A stretch of 64,000 nucleotides of DNA, taken from Heterodontus francisci. Taxonomy: Eukaryota. The position numbers and the translations under genes are program-made. Below the pieces are notes generated by a model, which saw only the letters and a program-made list of their open reading frames with translations, was not told the origin of the DNA and made no database searches. The stretch is taken from positions 180,087,800-180,151,799 of the forward strand of contig NC_090372.1 of assembly GCF_036365525.1 (NCBI RefSeq). Reading direction: 5' to 3'. Below are positions 37,570 to 50,274 of this stretch, piece by piece (the stretch's first letter is position 1; every line of letters begins with the position of its first letter).

Positions 37570-40500
37570 CATTAGTTCTCCAATGGGATCCATGGACCCC
37601 TGGGGGTCTGTACAGACTTTCCACGGGGTTCACAAAATAATGCGGAAGTGCGTTTTGAGCAGGGTTGTCCTTACGAGTGGGTAACCACCCAGGGCATGTG
37701 GTTGGGGGCACTGTGGTCAAGAGTAAGCAAATGAGCGGCAGGCAGAGTGGGACTTGGTGTCAGCTGGGAGGCAGAAGTGGAGTAAAGTTGCCATATGTGC
37801 AGCTGTGTCACCTCGGAGGGAGCACGCATGAACAAACAAAGAACAAAGAAAATTACAGCACAGGAACAGGCCCTTCGGTCCTCCAAGCCGACGCCGATCC
37901 AAATCCTCTATCTAAACCTGTCGCCTATTTTCTAAGGGTCTATATCTATTTATTTCCTGCCCATTCATGTATCTGTCTAGATACATCTTAAAAGACGCTA
38001 TCGTGCCCGCGTCTACCACCTCCGCTGGTAATGCGTTCCATGCACCCACCACCCTCTGCGTAAAGAACTTTCCACGCATATCCCCCCTAAACTTTTCCCC
38101 TTTCACTTTGAACTCGTGTCCCCTTGTAATTGAATCCCCCACTCTGGGAAAAAGCTTCTTGCTATTCACCCTGTCTATACCTCTCACGATTTTGTACACC
38201 TCAATCAGGTCCCCCCTCAACCTCCGTCTTTCTAATGAAAATAATCCTAATCTACTCAACCTCTCTTCATAGCTAGCACCCTCCATACCAGGCAACATCC
38301 TGGTGAAGCTCCTCTGCACCCTCTCCAAAGCATCCACATCCTTTTGGTAATGTGGTGACCAGAACTGCACGCAGTATTCCAAATGTGGCCGAACCAAAGT
38401 CCTATACAACTGTAACATGACCTGCCAACTCTTGTACTCAATACCCCGTCCGATGAAGGAAAGCATGCCGTATGCCTTCTTGACCACTCTATTGACCTGC
38501 GTTGCCACCTTCAGGGAACAATGGACTTGAACACCCAAATCTCTCTGTACATCAATTTTCCCCAGGACTTTTCCATTTACTGTATAGTTCACTCTTGAAT
38601 TGGATCTTCCAAAATGCATCACCTCGCATTGGCCCTGATTGAACTCCATCTGCCATTTCTCTGCCCAACTCTCCAGTCTATCTATATTCTGCTGTATTCT
38701 CTGACAGTCCCCTTCACTATCTGCTACTCCACCAATCTTAGTGTCGTCTGCAAACTTGCTAATTAGACCACCTATACTTTCCTCCAAATCATTTATATAT
38801 ATCACAAACAACAGTGGTCCCAGCACGGATCCCTGTGGAACACCACTGGTCACACGTCTCCATTTTGAGAAACTCCCTTCCACTGCTACTCTCTGTCTCC
38901 TGTTGCCCAGCTAGTTCTTTATCCATCTAGCTAGTACACCTTGGATCCCATGCGCCTTCACTTTCTCCATCAGCCTACCATGGGGAACCTTATCAAATGC
39001 CTTACTGAAGTCCATGTATATGACACCTACAGCCCTTCCCTCATCAATCAACTTTGTCACTTCCTCAAAGAATTCTATTAAGTTGGTAAGACATGACCTT
39101 CCCTGCACAAAACCATGTTGCCTATCACTGATAAGCCCATTTTCTTCCAGATGGGAATAGATCCTATCCCTCAGTATCTTCTCCAGCAGCTTCCCTACCA
39201 CTGACGTCAGGCTCACCGGTCTATAATTACCTGGATTTTCCCTGCTACCCTTCTTAAGCAAGGGGACAACATTAGCAATTCTCCAGTCCTCCGGGACCTC
39301 ACCCGTGTTTAAGGATGTTGCAAAGATATCTGTTAAGGCCCCAACTATTTCCTCTCTCGCTTCCCACAGTAACCTGGGATAGATCCCATCCGGACCTGGG
39401 GACTTGTCCACCTTAATGCCTTTTAGAATACCCAACACTTCCTCCCTCCTTATGCCGACTTGACCCTAGAGTAATCGAACATCTGTCCCTAACCTCAACA
39501 TCCGTCATGTCCCTCTCCTCGGTGAATACCGATGCAAAGTACTCGTTTAGAATCTCACCCATTTTCTCTGACTCCACGCATAACTTTCCTCCTTTGTCCT
39601 TGAGTGGGCCAATCCTTTCTCTAGTTACCCTCTTGCTCCTTATATATGAATAAAAGGCTTTGGGATTTTCCTTAACCCTGTTTGCTAAAGATATTTCATG
39701 ACCCCTTTTAGCCCTCTTAATTCCTCGTTTCAGATTGCGCCTACAATCCCGATATTCTTTCAAAGCTTCGTCTTTCTTCAGCCGCCTAGACCTTATGTGT
39801 GCTTCCTTTTTCCTCTTAGCTAGTCTCACAATTTCACCTGTCATCCATGGTTCCCTAATCTTGCCATTTCTATCCCTTATTTTCACAGGAACATGTCTCT
39901 CCTGCACGCTAATCAACCTCTCTTTAAAAGCCTCCCACATATCAAAAGTGGATTTACTTTCAAACAGCTGCTCCCAATCTACATTCCCCAGCTCCTGCCG
40001 AATTTTGGTATAGTCGGCCTTCCCCCAATTTAGCACTCTTCCTTTAGGACCACTCTCGTCTTTGTCCATGAGTATTCTAAAACTTACGGAATTGTGATCA
40101 CTATTCCCAAAGTAGTCCCCTACTGAAACATCAACCACCTGGCCCGGCTCATTCCCCAACACCAGGTCCAGTATGGCCCCTTCCCGAGTTGGACTATTTA
40201 CATACTGCTCTAGAAAACCCTCCTGGATGCTCCTTACAAATTCTGCTCCATCTAGACCTCTAATATTAAGTGAATCCCAGTCAATGTTGGGAAAAGGAAC
40301 GCTGAGAGTGGCAGAAAGATCACCAGGTAGACTTGCAATTACCAAGGTTGGCTGTTGGCACCAGGTGACTTCAGTCTTGTTCAATAGAGCAGAGCTTTTT
40401 AAGTATTCCATTTACAAGTTTGCCCAGGGCGCTATTTTCCAGAAGGCCGTTACTGCGTATAATTGTAAAAACTACTTCTTGCTTCCAGTGAGTATTATAT

Positions 40501-40584
40501 AGTATTATAATTTAGATTGGGGGTCCATGATTATTAATCCATTTGAAAAGGAGTCCTTCAACCAAAAAAGTTTAAGAACCACTG
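37570..40584. mobile_element. hAT/Charlie-like non-autonomous element containing a CR1 insertion
   Basis: Right end AAGTTTAAGAACCACTG (reverse complement CAGTGGTTCTTAAAC). Degenerate left end AGTTCTCCAATGGGATCCATGGACCCC, with GGGGTCCATG repeated near the right end. Confidence 0.55.
37829..40293 (-). mobile_element. Young 5'-truncated CR1 LINE (endonuclease tail, RT, 3' UTR)
   Basis: ORFs 39413..40411, 38911..39438 and 37912..38883 give SDHN, KSPGPDGIYP, NYRPVSLTS, DFSKAFD, GVPQGSVLGP and FADD. One frameshift (~39465) and one in-frame TAG (38911-38913). Confidence 0.97.
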
Positions 40585-41169
40585 ATCTCATATTTGAACT
40601 CGCATGAAGTCCCGTTCACCCATCATCCTTGTGCTTGATGATCTACATTGGCTTCTGGGTTGGCAACATCTCAATTTTAAAATTCTCATCTTTGTTTTCA
40701 AATCCCTCCATGGCCTCATTCCTCCCCATTTCTGTGACCTGCATCAGCCCTACAACCCTCCAAGATCACTGTGCTCCTCTAATTCTAGTCTCTTGCGCAT
40801 CTCTGGTTTTCATCTCCAACCATTGGGGGCCGTGTCTTCAGCTGCCTAGGCCCTCCTTAAACCTCTCTGCATCTCTACCTCTCTCTTGTCCTTTAAGACT
40901 CTCCTTGAAATCGTTCTCTTTGAGCAAGCTTTTGGTCACCTGCCCTAATAGTTCCTGTTGCTTGTCAATTTTAGTTAACAACTCTCCTATGAAGTGCTTT
41001 GGGATGTTTTACTACATTGAAGGTACTTTATAAATGCCAAGTTGTTTTCATAAGGAAAAGTACAGATAGTGATGATTAAAATAAAATCAGAAAATGCTGC
41101 AGACACTCAGCAGGTCAGAGGAAGGTAGGACTAACATTGTTATAGATGGAAACATGGCAACCAAGTTCC

Positions 41170-41430
41170 CCCAAACAACAATTAGACAAATGACAGATTA
41201 AACTGCTTTTGTGCTGTTAGTTGAGGGATTAATATTATCCAGGACTCTAGGAGAACTCCCCTGCTCTTCTTTGAATAGTAACATGGGATTTTCTCCATCC
41301 ATCTGAGAGCGCAGACGAGGCCTCAGTTTAATGTCAACCAAGATTAGATGCTCAAATCTCTGGAGTGGAGCTTGAACCCACAACATTGTAACTCAGAAGC
41401 ATGAGTGCTCCACTGAGCTACAGCTGACAC
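41170..41430 (-). mobile_element. Deu-domain SINE fragment
   Basis: Minus strand: GGGTTCAAGC B box, AAACTGAGGCCTCGTCTG and GAAGAGCAGGGGAGTTCTCC. Confidence 0.75.
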
Positions 41431-42249
41431 CTAGCTTGTGTGGTGAGCCCATTTACAGTATTTCAGAATACAGACAAAATTTTAAGAAACTTAGCATGTC
41501 TGGACATGATTTTGCTATCAGCTTTATCTAAGATAGTTTGTATACGCAAAATAAAATGCAGTAACTTCCCATCATAAAGGTTAATTACTTCCTTCTGCGT
41601 ATGTACAGCAATTAATGTCTCCAGGCAAAAGATTTGTGTCCTGCTGAATCCTATCCTTTTTCTATTTGAAGTTAGAAGGGAAAAATAAAATCCTTTTAGG
41701 TTTATGGGCATTTATTTCAGAGTGGCAATATCTTTTCCTGCAGATTTTTAAATGTTCTGTAATGTTTGTTGTAGTCCTCCAACATTGTCTTTATCACAAA
41801 TAACTTTTTGTTGTTTATCTTCCCAACCTTGTAAGGTGAAAAATTAAGGATTTAACTCAGTAAATACCAGATTTGCTTTTTCAGTAAAATGCAAAGATTC
41901 CTTGCCCTTTCTGAGGCCAACCAGGAAGATTGATACTTGAATTATTGACACAGAAATAATGTTGTTTAAGGGTCTTGTTGTCAAGTAATTCAGACTGTAC
42001 AACTGAAATGTGCCCAAAGGAGGGAATGTGCAAAGATTTTTGTTCTTAGGTCATAATTTTCTTACTTCACAACAGTGACTACACTTTACAAGTATTTCAT
42101 TGGCTGATTGTACTTCAGCACACCCTGTGGTTTTGAAAGGCACTATACAAATTTTTCATTTTTTTCTTTTACATCTAAATTTTTCTTAGAAAATTCCTTT
42201 TCCTATAAATTAATCTGCATAAGATTAGGGTGTGGTTAGAAACAATTGT

Positions 42250-42560
42250 TGCGTTCCTCCAACTGTGGCCCCTTGTGCAGCCCCACTTCCTTTGCCCCAC
42301 TACTGGAAGCCATGCCTTCAGCTGTCTAGGCCCTAAACTCTAGAATCTCTCCTTCAACCTCCCTGCCACTCCATTTCTCTCTCCTCCTTCAAGATGCTAT
42401 TTAAAACCTACTTCTCTGACTAAGCATTTCATCACATGTCCTAATGTGTCTTTCTTTGGCTCATTGTTAATTTTTGTCTGATTATGCTTCTGTGAAGCAC
42501 CTTGGGACATTTTAATATGTTAAAGGCACTATCTAAATGCAGGTGGGTTTTGTTGTTGCA
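42250..42560 (+). mobile_element. L2 3' end fragment
   Basis: Ends GTTAAAGGCACTATCTAAATGC..TTGTTG like the other L2 tails. Confidence 0.75.
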
Positions 42561-42800
42561 ATAAGAGCTACTTCTATACTGGGATACTACAGCTTCTGGC
42601 CACTGAACACCAAAGGAAACTTGAAAGATTGACTAAAGCCAGCACCAGCCTGGTGTCTGCTCCTGATTATTTGAAATCACTCTTTACGTTGTAAGAAATA
42701 TTGAAATATCCAATAGTTTTGAATTAAGCAATTTAAGTAACTCTGTGGAGTGAGAATTTAGTGCTAAATACACTGAGTTATCAGATAATTTGAAATACAC

Positions 42801-43128
42801 AGTTAGCACCGCAGCCTCACAGCTCTGGCGACCTGAGTTCAATTCTGGGTACCGTCTGTGTGGAGTTTGCAAGTTCTCCCTGTGTCTGCGTGAGTTTCCT
42901 CCGGGTGCTCCGGTTTCCTCCCACATGCCAAAGACTTGCAGGTTGATAGGTAAATTGGCTATTATAAATTGCCCCTAGTATAGGTAGGTGGTAGGGAAAT
43001 ATAGGGGATGTGGTAGGAATATGGGATTAGTGTAGGATTAGTATAAATGGGTGGTTGATGGCCGGCACAGACTCGGTGGGCTGAAGGGCCTGTTTCAGTG
43101 CTGTATCTCTAAACTAAACTAAACTAAA
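42801..43128 (+). mobile_element. HE1/V-type SINE, near full-length
   Basis: GTTAGCACCGCAGCCTCACAGCTC head, V-domain and (AAACT)n tail. Confidence 0.92.
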
Positions 43129-43984
43129 CATGAAATTGAATGAAGAGTAGACTGTACTAATTTGCTGGGTGCTTTGGCTGCTACTCCTGGTTTTTGCACA
43201 CACGCTCCTCTGTTCACCTGCGAGGTGGATTCTGAAGCAGTGTATGTACGAGATATATCATGAGGTGCAGCTGCTTCATTGGAACTTGGGGTTTTATTAT
43301 AAACTAGCCCCTGAGTTCTGGCAGTTTGCCAATAAACATTTGATTAAAACTAATGGATCTTCCAAGGCATTGTTCATAATAAATTTGAACATTTGTTGTT
43401 TTATAACGACAGAAGCACTACACCATGTAATGCACAACGTATTATTCTGCTAAAGCCGAGGTACTGTATGATTAAGGCGGCTCTCCTTTTACACCACAAA
43501 ACATATCTTCTAGAAGCAAGCATAGCTGCAGGGCAATCAAAGTTTAATTGTTGTTTAATAGGGGTGGTTTACAGATTGGAAGGTACTGGTAAATTTCCAG
43601 CTCCCCAGGTTAGAAAAAGAGCAGCATGAAATGATTGCATTTCTTCCATTATTTTATATAATATCAGCACTTTGAAGTGTGACATTTGATGTGAAACTAA
43701 TGCTCTCAAAACTATTATCTTTATAGCTAGAGCATTAACTTTGGATACAAGGCTGGAAGGGTGGTATCCAATTTCATAGATTCAGTGGGGGTTAAGTTGG
43801 ATAATCCACTTAAAAGGACCTGGGAATCGTGGGACATGATTAACCCACGTCTATTCACTGTGTTGCAGACAGAACGTTAAGTAAATGCTGCCTGCTCTTT
43901 TAAATAATTGCTGCTTGCAGCAGCCAGTGCTAACCGCACTGTTCATTGGCTGCACGCATCAGGAGGGGGACCGATATCACACAG

Positions 43985-44465
43985 GGTTGACAACATGGAT
44001 TTTCCTCCTCTATCCTAGCCTTCTAATTATGTGCAGTGTCACCATCTGAGCAGGTGGCTGTGATTGCTAGATCGACTGACGGGGCCTCTATCAGCTTCAC
44101 TGTTGTCGTTCTCTTTTTCCCTTGACTGGGAAGGTTCCAATTCTTAGATAACTGAAATGAAAAAGGGACAAGAGTTCAATTGTAATGAGGGCAGTGGAGA
44201 AAGTAAGACGTGTGTGCTTACACCATCTGCAGCTTGTGAGACAGAAGAGACCATGTGATGAGGGAGAAGTGGGAAAAAGTGAATTAGATATGCAAATACC
44301 CTCATCATCAATCTCTCCGGCACCGCCAGTGGTCATGACCTTAGCGATGTCCCTTCCTATGATAGCCAACACTGTCTCCCCCACTGGGGTTAAAACATGC
44401 AGGCGCGCTTGTCCTCCTGCAGTTCCTTCCTGCTGCCTCCTGTTGTGCGTCACCTCCTACCTTGT
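43985..44465 (-). mobile_element. Harbinger Myb-gene fragment (second copy)
   Basis: THNRRQQEGTAGGQARLHVLTPVGETVLAIIG...DDEG is homologous to 22975-23147. Confidence 0.65.
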
Positions 44466-44894
44466 AAGCTCAGACTGCTGCCTTCGTGGCTCTGGATACC
44501 ACTGTTCAAAGGGTCTTCCAGGTCATTACAGCAGTCCATCAATCTTTTTCCTAACAGAGCAGCAGGATTGTTGAGACGCTGCTCCGGGAGAGTGGCAGTG
44601 GCCTCATGGAACACAAATGTGCTGTTCTCTCTCAAGGTGGCAGTGTTCCTGCCACTCCATTAGTTGTCAGTTCACCAGCTAGTCCAGACTGCTGCAGTCT
44701 GAAGACAGGGTCTGTAGGCCGAGAGTTGCTAGAGTTCATCCTCCAAGGTAATTTGCAGCCTTCCCAACTGTAATGTCCCGAAGGACCCTGAGCAGATACG
44801 GCCTCCTACAGACTGCCTTCCTCCACCAACCGCACCCCCCACCCCCCCAATCATCCACTCGTTACAGCAGCTTGTTCTGCTCTCTAGATTCTCC

Positions 44895-45720
44895 CAGTCA
44901 TGTTCAATTATCGGCTTGGGCTGATCAGTGGCAAGTAACATTCACACCACACAAGTGCCTGGCAATGACCATCTCAAACAAGAGAGAATCTAATCATCTC
45001 CCCTTGACATTCAATGGCATTACCATCACTGAATCCCCACCATCAACATCCTGGGGGTTACCATTGGCCAGAAACTGAACTGGACCTGCCACATAAATAC
45101 CGTGGCTACAGGAGCAGGTCAGAAGCTGAGAATTCTGTGGCGAATAACTCACCTCCTGACTCCCCAAAGCCTGTTCACCATCTACAAGGCACAAGTCAGG
45201 AGTGTGATGGAATACACTCCACTTGCCTGGAATGTGCAGCTCCAACAACACTCAAGAAGCTCGATACCATCTAGGACAAAGCAGCCCTCTTGATTGGCAC
45301 TCCATCCATCACCTTCGACATTCATTCCCTCCATCACTGATGCACAGTGGCAGCAGTGTTTACCATCTACAAGATGCACTGCAGCAACTCAGCAATGTAC
45401 CTTCGACAGCACCTTCAGAATCCGCAACCTCTCCCATCTAGGAGGACAAGAGCAGCAGATGCATGGGAACACCACCACCTGCAAGTTCCCCTTCAAGCCA
45501 CACCCCATCCTGACTTGGAACTAAATCGCCATTTCTTCACTGTCACTGGGTCAAAATCCTGGAACTCCCTTCCTAACAGCACTGTTGGTGTACCTACACA
45601 CCGAGGAATGCAGTGGTTCAGGAAGGCAGCTCACCGCCTCTCCTGAAGAGCAATTAGGGATGGGCAATAAATGCTGGCCTAGCCAGCGACACCCACATCC
45701 CCTGAACAAATATAAAAAAA
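44895..45720 (+). mobile_element. CR1/L2-group LINE (family 2), 3' fragment
   Basis: AWADQWQVTFTPHKC, IYKAQVRSVMEY and tail GCAATTAGGGATGGGCAATAAATGCTGGCC. Confidence 0.9.
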
Positions 45721-46244
45721 TTCAGAGGAAGCCTTTCCAGGCCACTCATGTTACTTGTAAGTCACTTCTTTCAGCCTAAGATTTTAGCTGACAAAAAAAG
45801 CACTTCAAGACCAATCACACCATTCCCTGTTCAGTCTTCAAACTTGACTAAAGTATAAGAAAGCTCCAAAAAATCGAACAATTGCACCAGCAGCCAGAAG
45901 AAACTAACATGTAAATAGTTTATGATTCCTCTAAACAGCACTGATGGGGAATCCTTCATTCCATTTAACATCGTGTTCAGTGGTGTGGAGTTAAGACAGG
46001 ATGTTGGTTGGAATATGCAGCTTGAAAATGGCAGCAGTGGTTTCGAATCTGCATTATCCACTCACTCGTGTCATCAGCTCACTGCTCTACAAACTGTTGG
46101 CAGTCACAGGGCACACACGCAAACCCTTTTACCAAGATGCAGTCCCGTGTGAGCACATATTTTGGATGCCATTTTAGACCCTTAGGTGGCCACATGCTGC
46201 CTAAAACAATGGGAGCTACACATCCCAATTTGGCTCTCATAGAA

Positions 46245-47260
46245 AAATACAGCATAGAAGTTGGCCATTCAGCCCATTATGCTTGCGCCAACTCTTTGAA
46301 AGAGCTATCCAATTAGAACCATGACCTAGCTCTTTTCCAATAACCCTGTTAATTTTTCCATTCAATTATTTGCCCAATTCCCTGTTGAAATCTGCTTCCA
46401 CCATCCTTTCACATAGTGCATTCTAGATTCTAACAATACACTGCATAAAATTTGGTTTTCCTCATGTCGCCTCTAGCTCTTTTTTCAATGACCTTAAATC
46501 TGTGTCCTCTGGTCAACAACCCTTCTGCCACTGGAAATTATTTCTCCTTATTTACTCTATCAAAACCATTTTTTGGATGATGCTAGAATAGGAGGCATAG
46601 CAAATAATTCTGAGGGCCAGAGGAAGTGCAAGTGAATATTAACAAGATGGCAATAAAGCGGCAGAAGGAATTCAATATTAGCAAGTGTGAGGTGGTACAT
46701 TTTGATAAAAAAAAGTAAGAACTATACTTGGAATGGGTAAAGGTCGGATGATGTGGAAGAACAAAGGAATTTGTGGGTTTTGATTCACAAGACCTTAAAA
46801 GTGGCACCCCAACAAATAAGGTCATAAATAAAATTAATGGAATACAGGATTTAATGATACAAGAAGAAGATTTAATAGTGAATCTGCAGAACCTTAGTTA
46901 AGACCGCAGTTAGTGTACTGAGTGCAGTTTTGGGCTCCACATTATAGGAAGAATGTTGAGGCAACAGAGATAGTACAGTACAGAGTTAATTGAATGCAGC
47001 CTGGTATAATGAAACACACATATGGAAAATATTTGAAATATTGGGGTTGCTGTTGTTAGATTATGTTTAAGATCATGAATGAGCTTGAGCATAGTAGATA
47101 TAGGAACAGGCAGTTGCTAGTGATTGAGGGGTCTATAATAACAGAATGTAGATTTAAGATTAAATGCAAGGAATTTAAGGCACAGAGCAGAAAAAACATT
47201 TTTACACAGAGGGTTACGAGACTATAGAATGCACTACTCGAGTTAGACACAGAAATCATG
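46245..47260. mobile_element. Two old CR1 fragments in opposite orientation
   Basis: Minus-strand CR1 3' end at ~46245-46580 and decayed plus-strand ORF2 C-terminus at ~46640-47260. Confidence 0.65.
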
Positions 47261-47292
47261 TCAATTTCCTCCAGTTACACTTTGGGAAAACC

Positions 47293-47600
47293 AGGTGTGG
47301 TAGCATAGTACTTGTGTTTCTCGACTAATGATCAAAAGACATAACTGAAATCCCACCATGGTAGCTGAGGAATTTAAATTCAGTTAGTTAAATAAATCTG
47401 GAATAAAAAAACTAATATCAGTAATGGTGACCACGAAACTACCGGTCTGTCGCAAAACCCATCTGGTTCACTAATGTCCTTTAGGGAAGGGAATCTGCCA
47501 TCTTCACCCGGTCTGGCCTACATGTGACTCCAAACCAAAAGTAATGTGGTAGACTTTTAACTGCCCTCTGAAATGGCTGAGCAAGCCACTCAGTTATATG
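47293..47600 (+). mobile_element. tRNA-like head shared with LINE family 2 (SINE or LINE 5' remnant)
   Basis: Homologous to the reverse complement of ~310-605: TAGCATAGT, AAATCCCACCATGG, CATCTGGTTCACT, AACTGCCCTCTGAAATGG. Confidence 0.75.
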
Positions 47601-47825
47601 GAACTGCTGTGAAAAAGTCCTGATGGAACTGAACGCTGGACAGCTGTCGTTTTGACCAAAGTAACAAGCAGCTGACCAGTGGAATTCAAATGAGGCCAGC
47701 AGTTAAAATCTGCCGGGCCTTCAACCTAGACTCCCGTCTGCTTCTGCTTGTTCTCCAGAAATTAAAACAGCATTTTTATGCTTATTTATGCAGTTATGGT
47801 ATTTATTTATCTGAGGAAAGCAATA

Positions 47826-48562
47826 GGGGAGAATTATATCCTGCCGGCAGGGATCTCGACGTCTGGAAAAAGTGACACCGAGATCCCCATGTCACCTCTT
47901 CTCCGGAAGGCCTGCCGAATCTAGCACCAATCAGGCACTTAAGTGGACAGCAGCCTGCCTTCCACAGGATCAAGGACCCTTGGAGAGCTGCCGGCCAATC
48001 AGAGGCCGGCAGCTGCAGCGCCTCTGCAGAGGCAGTGGTTGCTGCAGGAGAAACCACCTACCGGAGGCTGAGGAGCATTGCTGGAACCAGGCCTCAGGTA
48101 GGTCAGGGCAGGGGAGGGGTCTTACGGGGTGGAAGTCACAGAAGCGGGGGAGGGGTGCCAGCAGTGAGTGCAGGGGGTTGGCTCTCAGAGGGCCCCACTC
48201 TTCCCAATGCGGGATCCCTTGTTAAGACACTAAGTGCATTTAAACAAGGCTTCCCCCCTCCCCCGGAGCTGGGAAGCTATCCGCATGGTTTTCCATGCCG
48301 TGCTTCTCATTCAGTGACAGGGCCACCCACCGCAAGGCTAATTGCAGCTGCAGCAGGAAGAGGCCCTTAATTGGGAGTTAATTGCCCAGTTAAGGGCCTC
48401 AAATGGCAGCATAGCAGGCAGGCCACTCACAGGTCTTCTTGCCCTGAACTAAATTTTGGTGGAGGCAGGATGGTGGCAGGAACCCATCCTGTTACCATCC
48501 CACCCGATTTTACGCTGTCCCACCTCCAAACCCGCCAGGGGGGAGAGCATAAAATTCCTCCC
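47826..48562. mobile_element. GC-rich MITE (Harbinger-like termini)
   Basis: Ends GGGGAGAATTAT / TAAAATTCCTCCC; internal homology to 51040-51752 (AGGCACTTAAGTGGACAGCAGC..CAGGATCAAGGA). Confidence 0.7.
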
Positions 48563-48984
48563 GATATTTATTTTCCAACAATTGATGAAAAGACATTTCA
48601 TTTAATGTCTCTGTAGCAACTATTTTTTTTATAAATCAGCACTGCGACGCCACAATTATTGCTCACAGATGCCAGGAATCCAAGTGAGACAATTTCCAGC
48701 CCGCATTTCTAACACCCAATTTCTCCCTCCCCATTGCCGCAACATCACAGGATATCCCATGCTGCCAAAACCCAGTGCTGTGAAACAGGACCTCTACTCC
48801 TATTTTGCCACCCTAACCCAATGCTGTTAACTCTCAAAACCCCTCCTTTCCTTAGTCCTACTAAAACCAGATACTTACCTCCAACCTGGCACATATTGTA
48901 TACCATCTTGATGTTCTATCCTGGACTCCTTACAAAACAGTGTTAAAATTATGAAATACATATTTAAGTGCTGGGACCAATGCA

Positions 48985-49915
48985 TTTTTTGCTATATATA
49001 AATGACTAGGATCTTGGAATATAGAGTAGAACTTCAAAATTTGCCGATGATACCAAACTTGGAAGAGTGGAAAACAGTGAGGATGAGACAAACCACTTGC
49101 AAGAGGACATAGATAGGCTAGCAGAATGGGCAGATAAGTAACAAATGGAATTTAATACAAATAAGTGTGAGGTGATGCATTTTGGCAGATAGGGTGAGGT
49201 AATACAGACTTAATGGCACAGTTCTAAAGAGTGTGGAGGAACAGAGGGACCTGGGGATGCATGTTCCTCGACCTTTGAAGGTGGCAGAGTGTGGTTAGCA
49301 AAGCACATGGGATCTTGGGCTTCATAAATAGAGGCATAGAGTATAAAAGCAGGGGAGTTAATATGAATCTTTATAAAGCTCTGGTTAAGCCCCCACTAGA
49401 GTATAGTGTCCAGTTCTGGTCAGCACAGGTGAGGGTTCTTGAGAGGGTGCAGCAGAGATTTACCAGAATGGTTCCAGGGATGAGGGATTTTAGCTACAAG
49501 ATTAGGTTGGAGAAATTGGGGTTGTTCTCGCTGGAGCAAAGGAGATGGAGAGGAGATTTGATAGAGGTGTACAAGAATATGACAGGCTTAGATAAGTTAG
49601 ACAAGGAAAATCTGTTCCCATTAACTATGGGACACAGATTGAAGGCTTTGATTAAGAGATGCAGGGGGAATGTGGGAAAGAACTTTATTTTACGCAGCTT
49701 GTGGTAATGACTTGGAACTCACTGCCCATGAGGGTGGTGGAAGCAGAGAAAATCAATGACTTCAAAAGGAAATTGGATGGGCAGATGGGCACTTGAAGGA
49801 AATAAAATTGCAGGGCTATGGGGATCGAGGAGGGAGAGTGGGACTGACCGAATTGCTCCAAGGAGAGCCAGCATGGACTTGATGGGTCGAATGGCCTTCT
49901 ACACCATAAATGACT
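48985..49915 (+). mobile_element. CR1 3' fragment
   Basis: KFADDTKL and ILGFINRGIEYKS...LEYSVQFWS (ORF 49291..49707). Confidence 0.9.
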
Positions 49916-50274
49916 ATATTGATCAAGGAATATGTCATAATAAGCTAGTCTACTAATTTCAGATTTTTACAGAATAAAGGATAGAGTCAGAAAATTCAAT
50001 CCCATAATATATAATAAAAATGAAATTTGATGGTTTTCAAATCATTATAAACCAGTGACCCAGTATGCACTGTGTGATATGCATTGTTACATGGCATAAT
50101 ATCCCTTTTGTTCTAGAGTGGCATCCTCTGATTCATTGCTAAATCAGATTTGCTAGTATTTTACAAAGATGGTACACCACACTTTGTTACAGACAAAACA
50201 ACTAAAAGAGAAAAAAAGCCAGTTACTTAAGATGGATGTTTTTAACCTAGAGCTGAAGCCAACAAGTATTTTAT

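Larger units (their letters stand above)
37422..41045 (+). mobile_element. L2 3' fragment split into 37422-37570 and 40585-41045
   Basis: LIYAxVTSRFDYS..KLECI on the left continues as KSRSPIILVLDDLHWL...FKILIFVFKSLHGL on the right. Confidence 0.8.

Noticed and set aside
37912-38883. 323-aa ORF as a host gene
   Set aside because: It is the RT and C-terminus of CR1 ORF2 in a truncated, disrupted copy.
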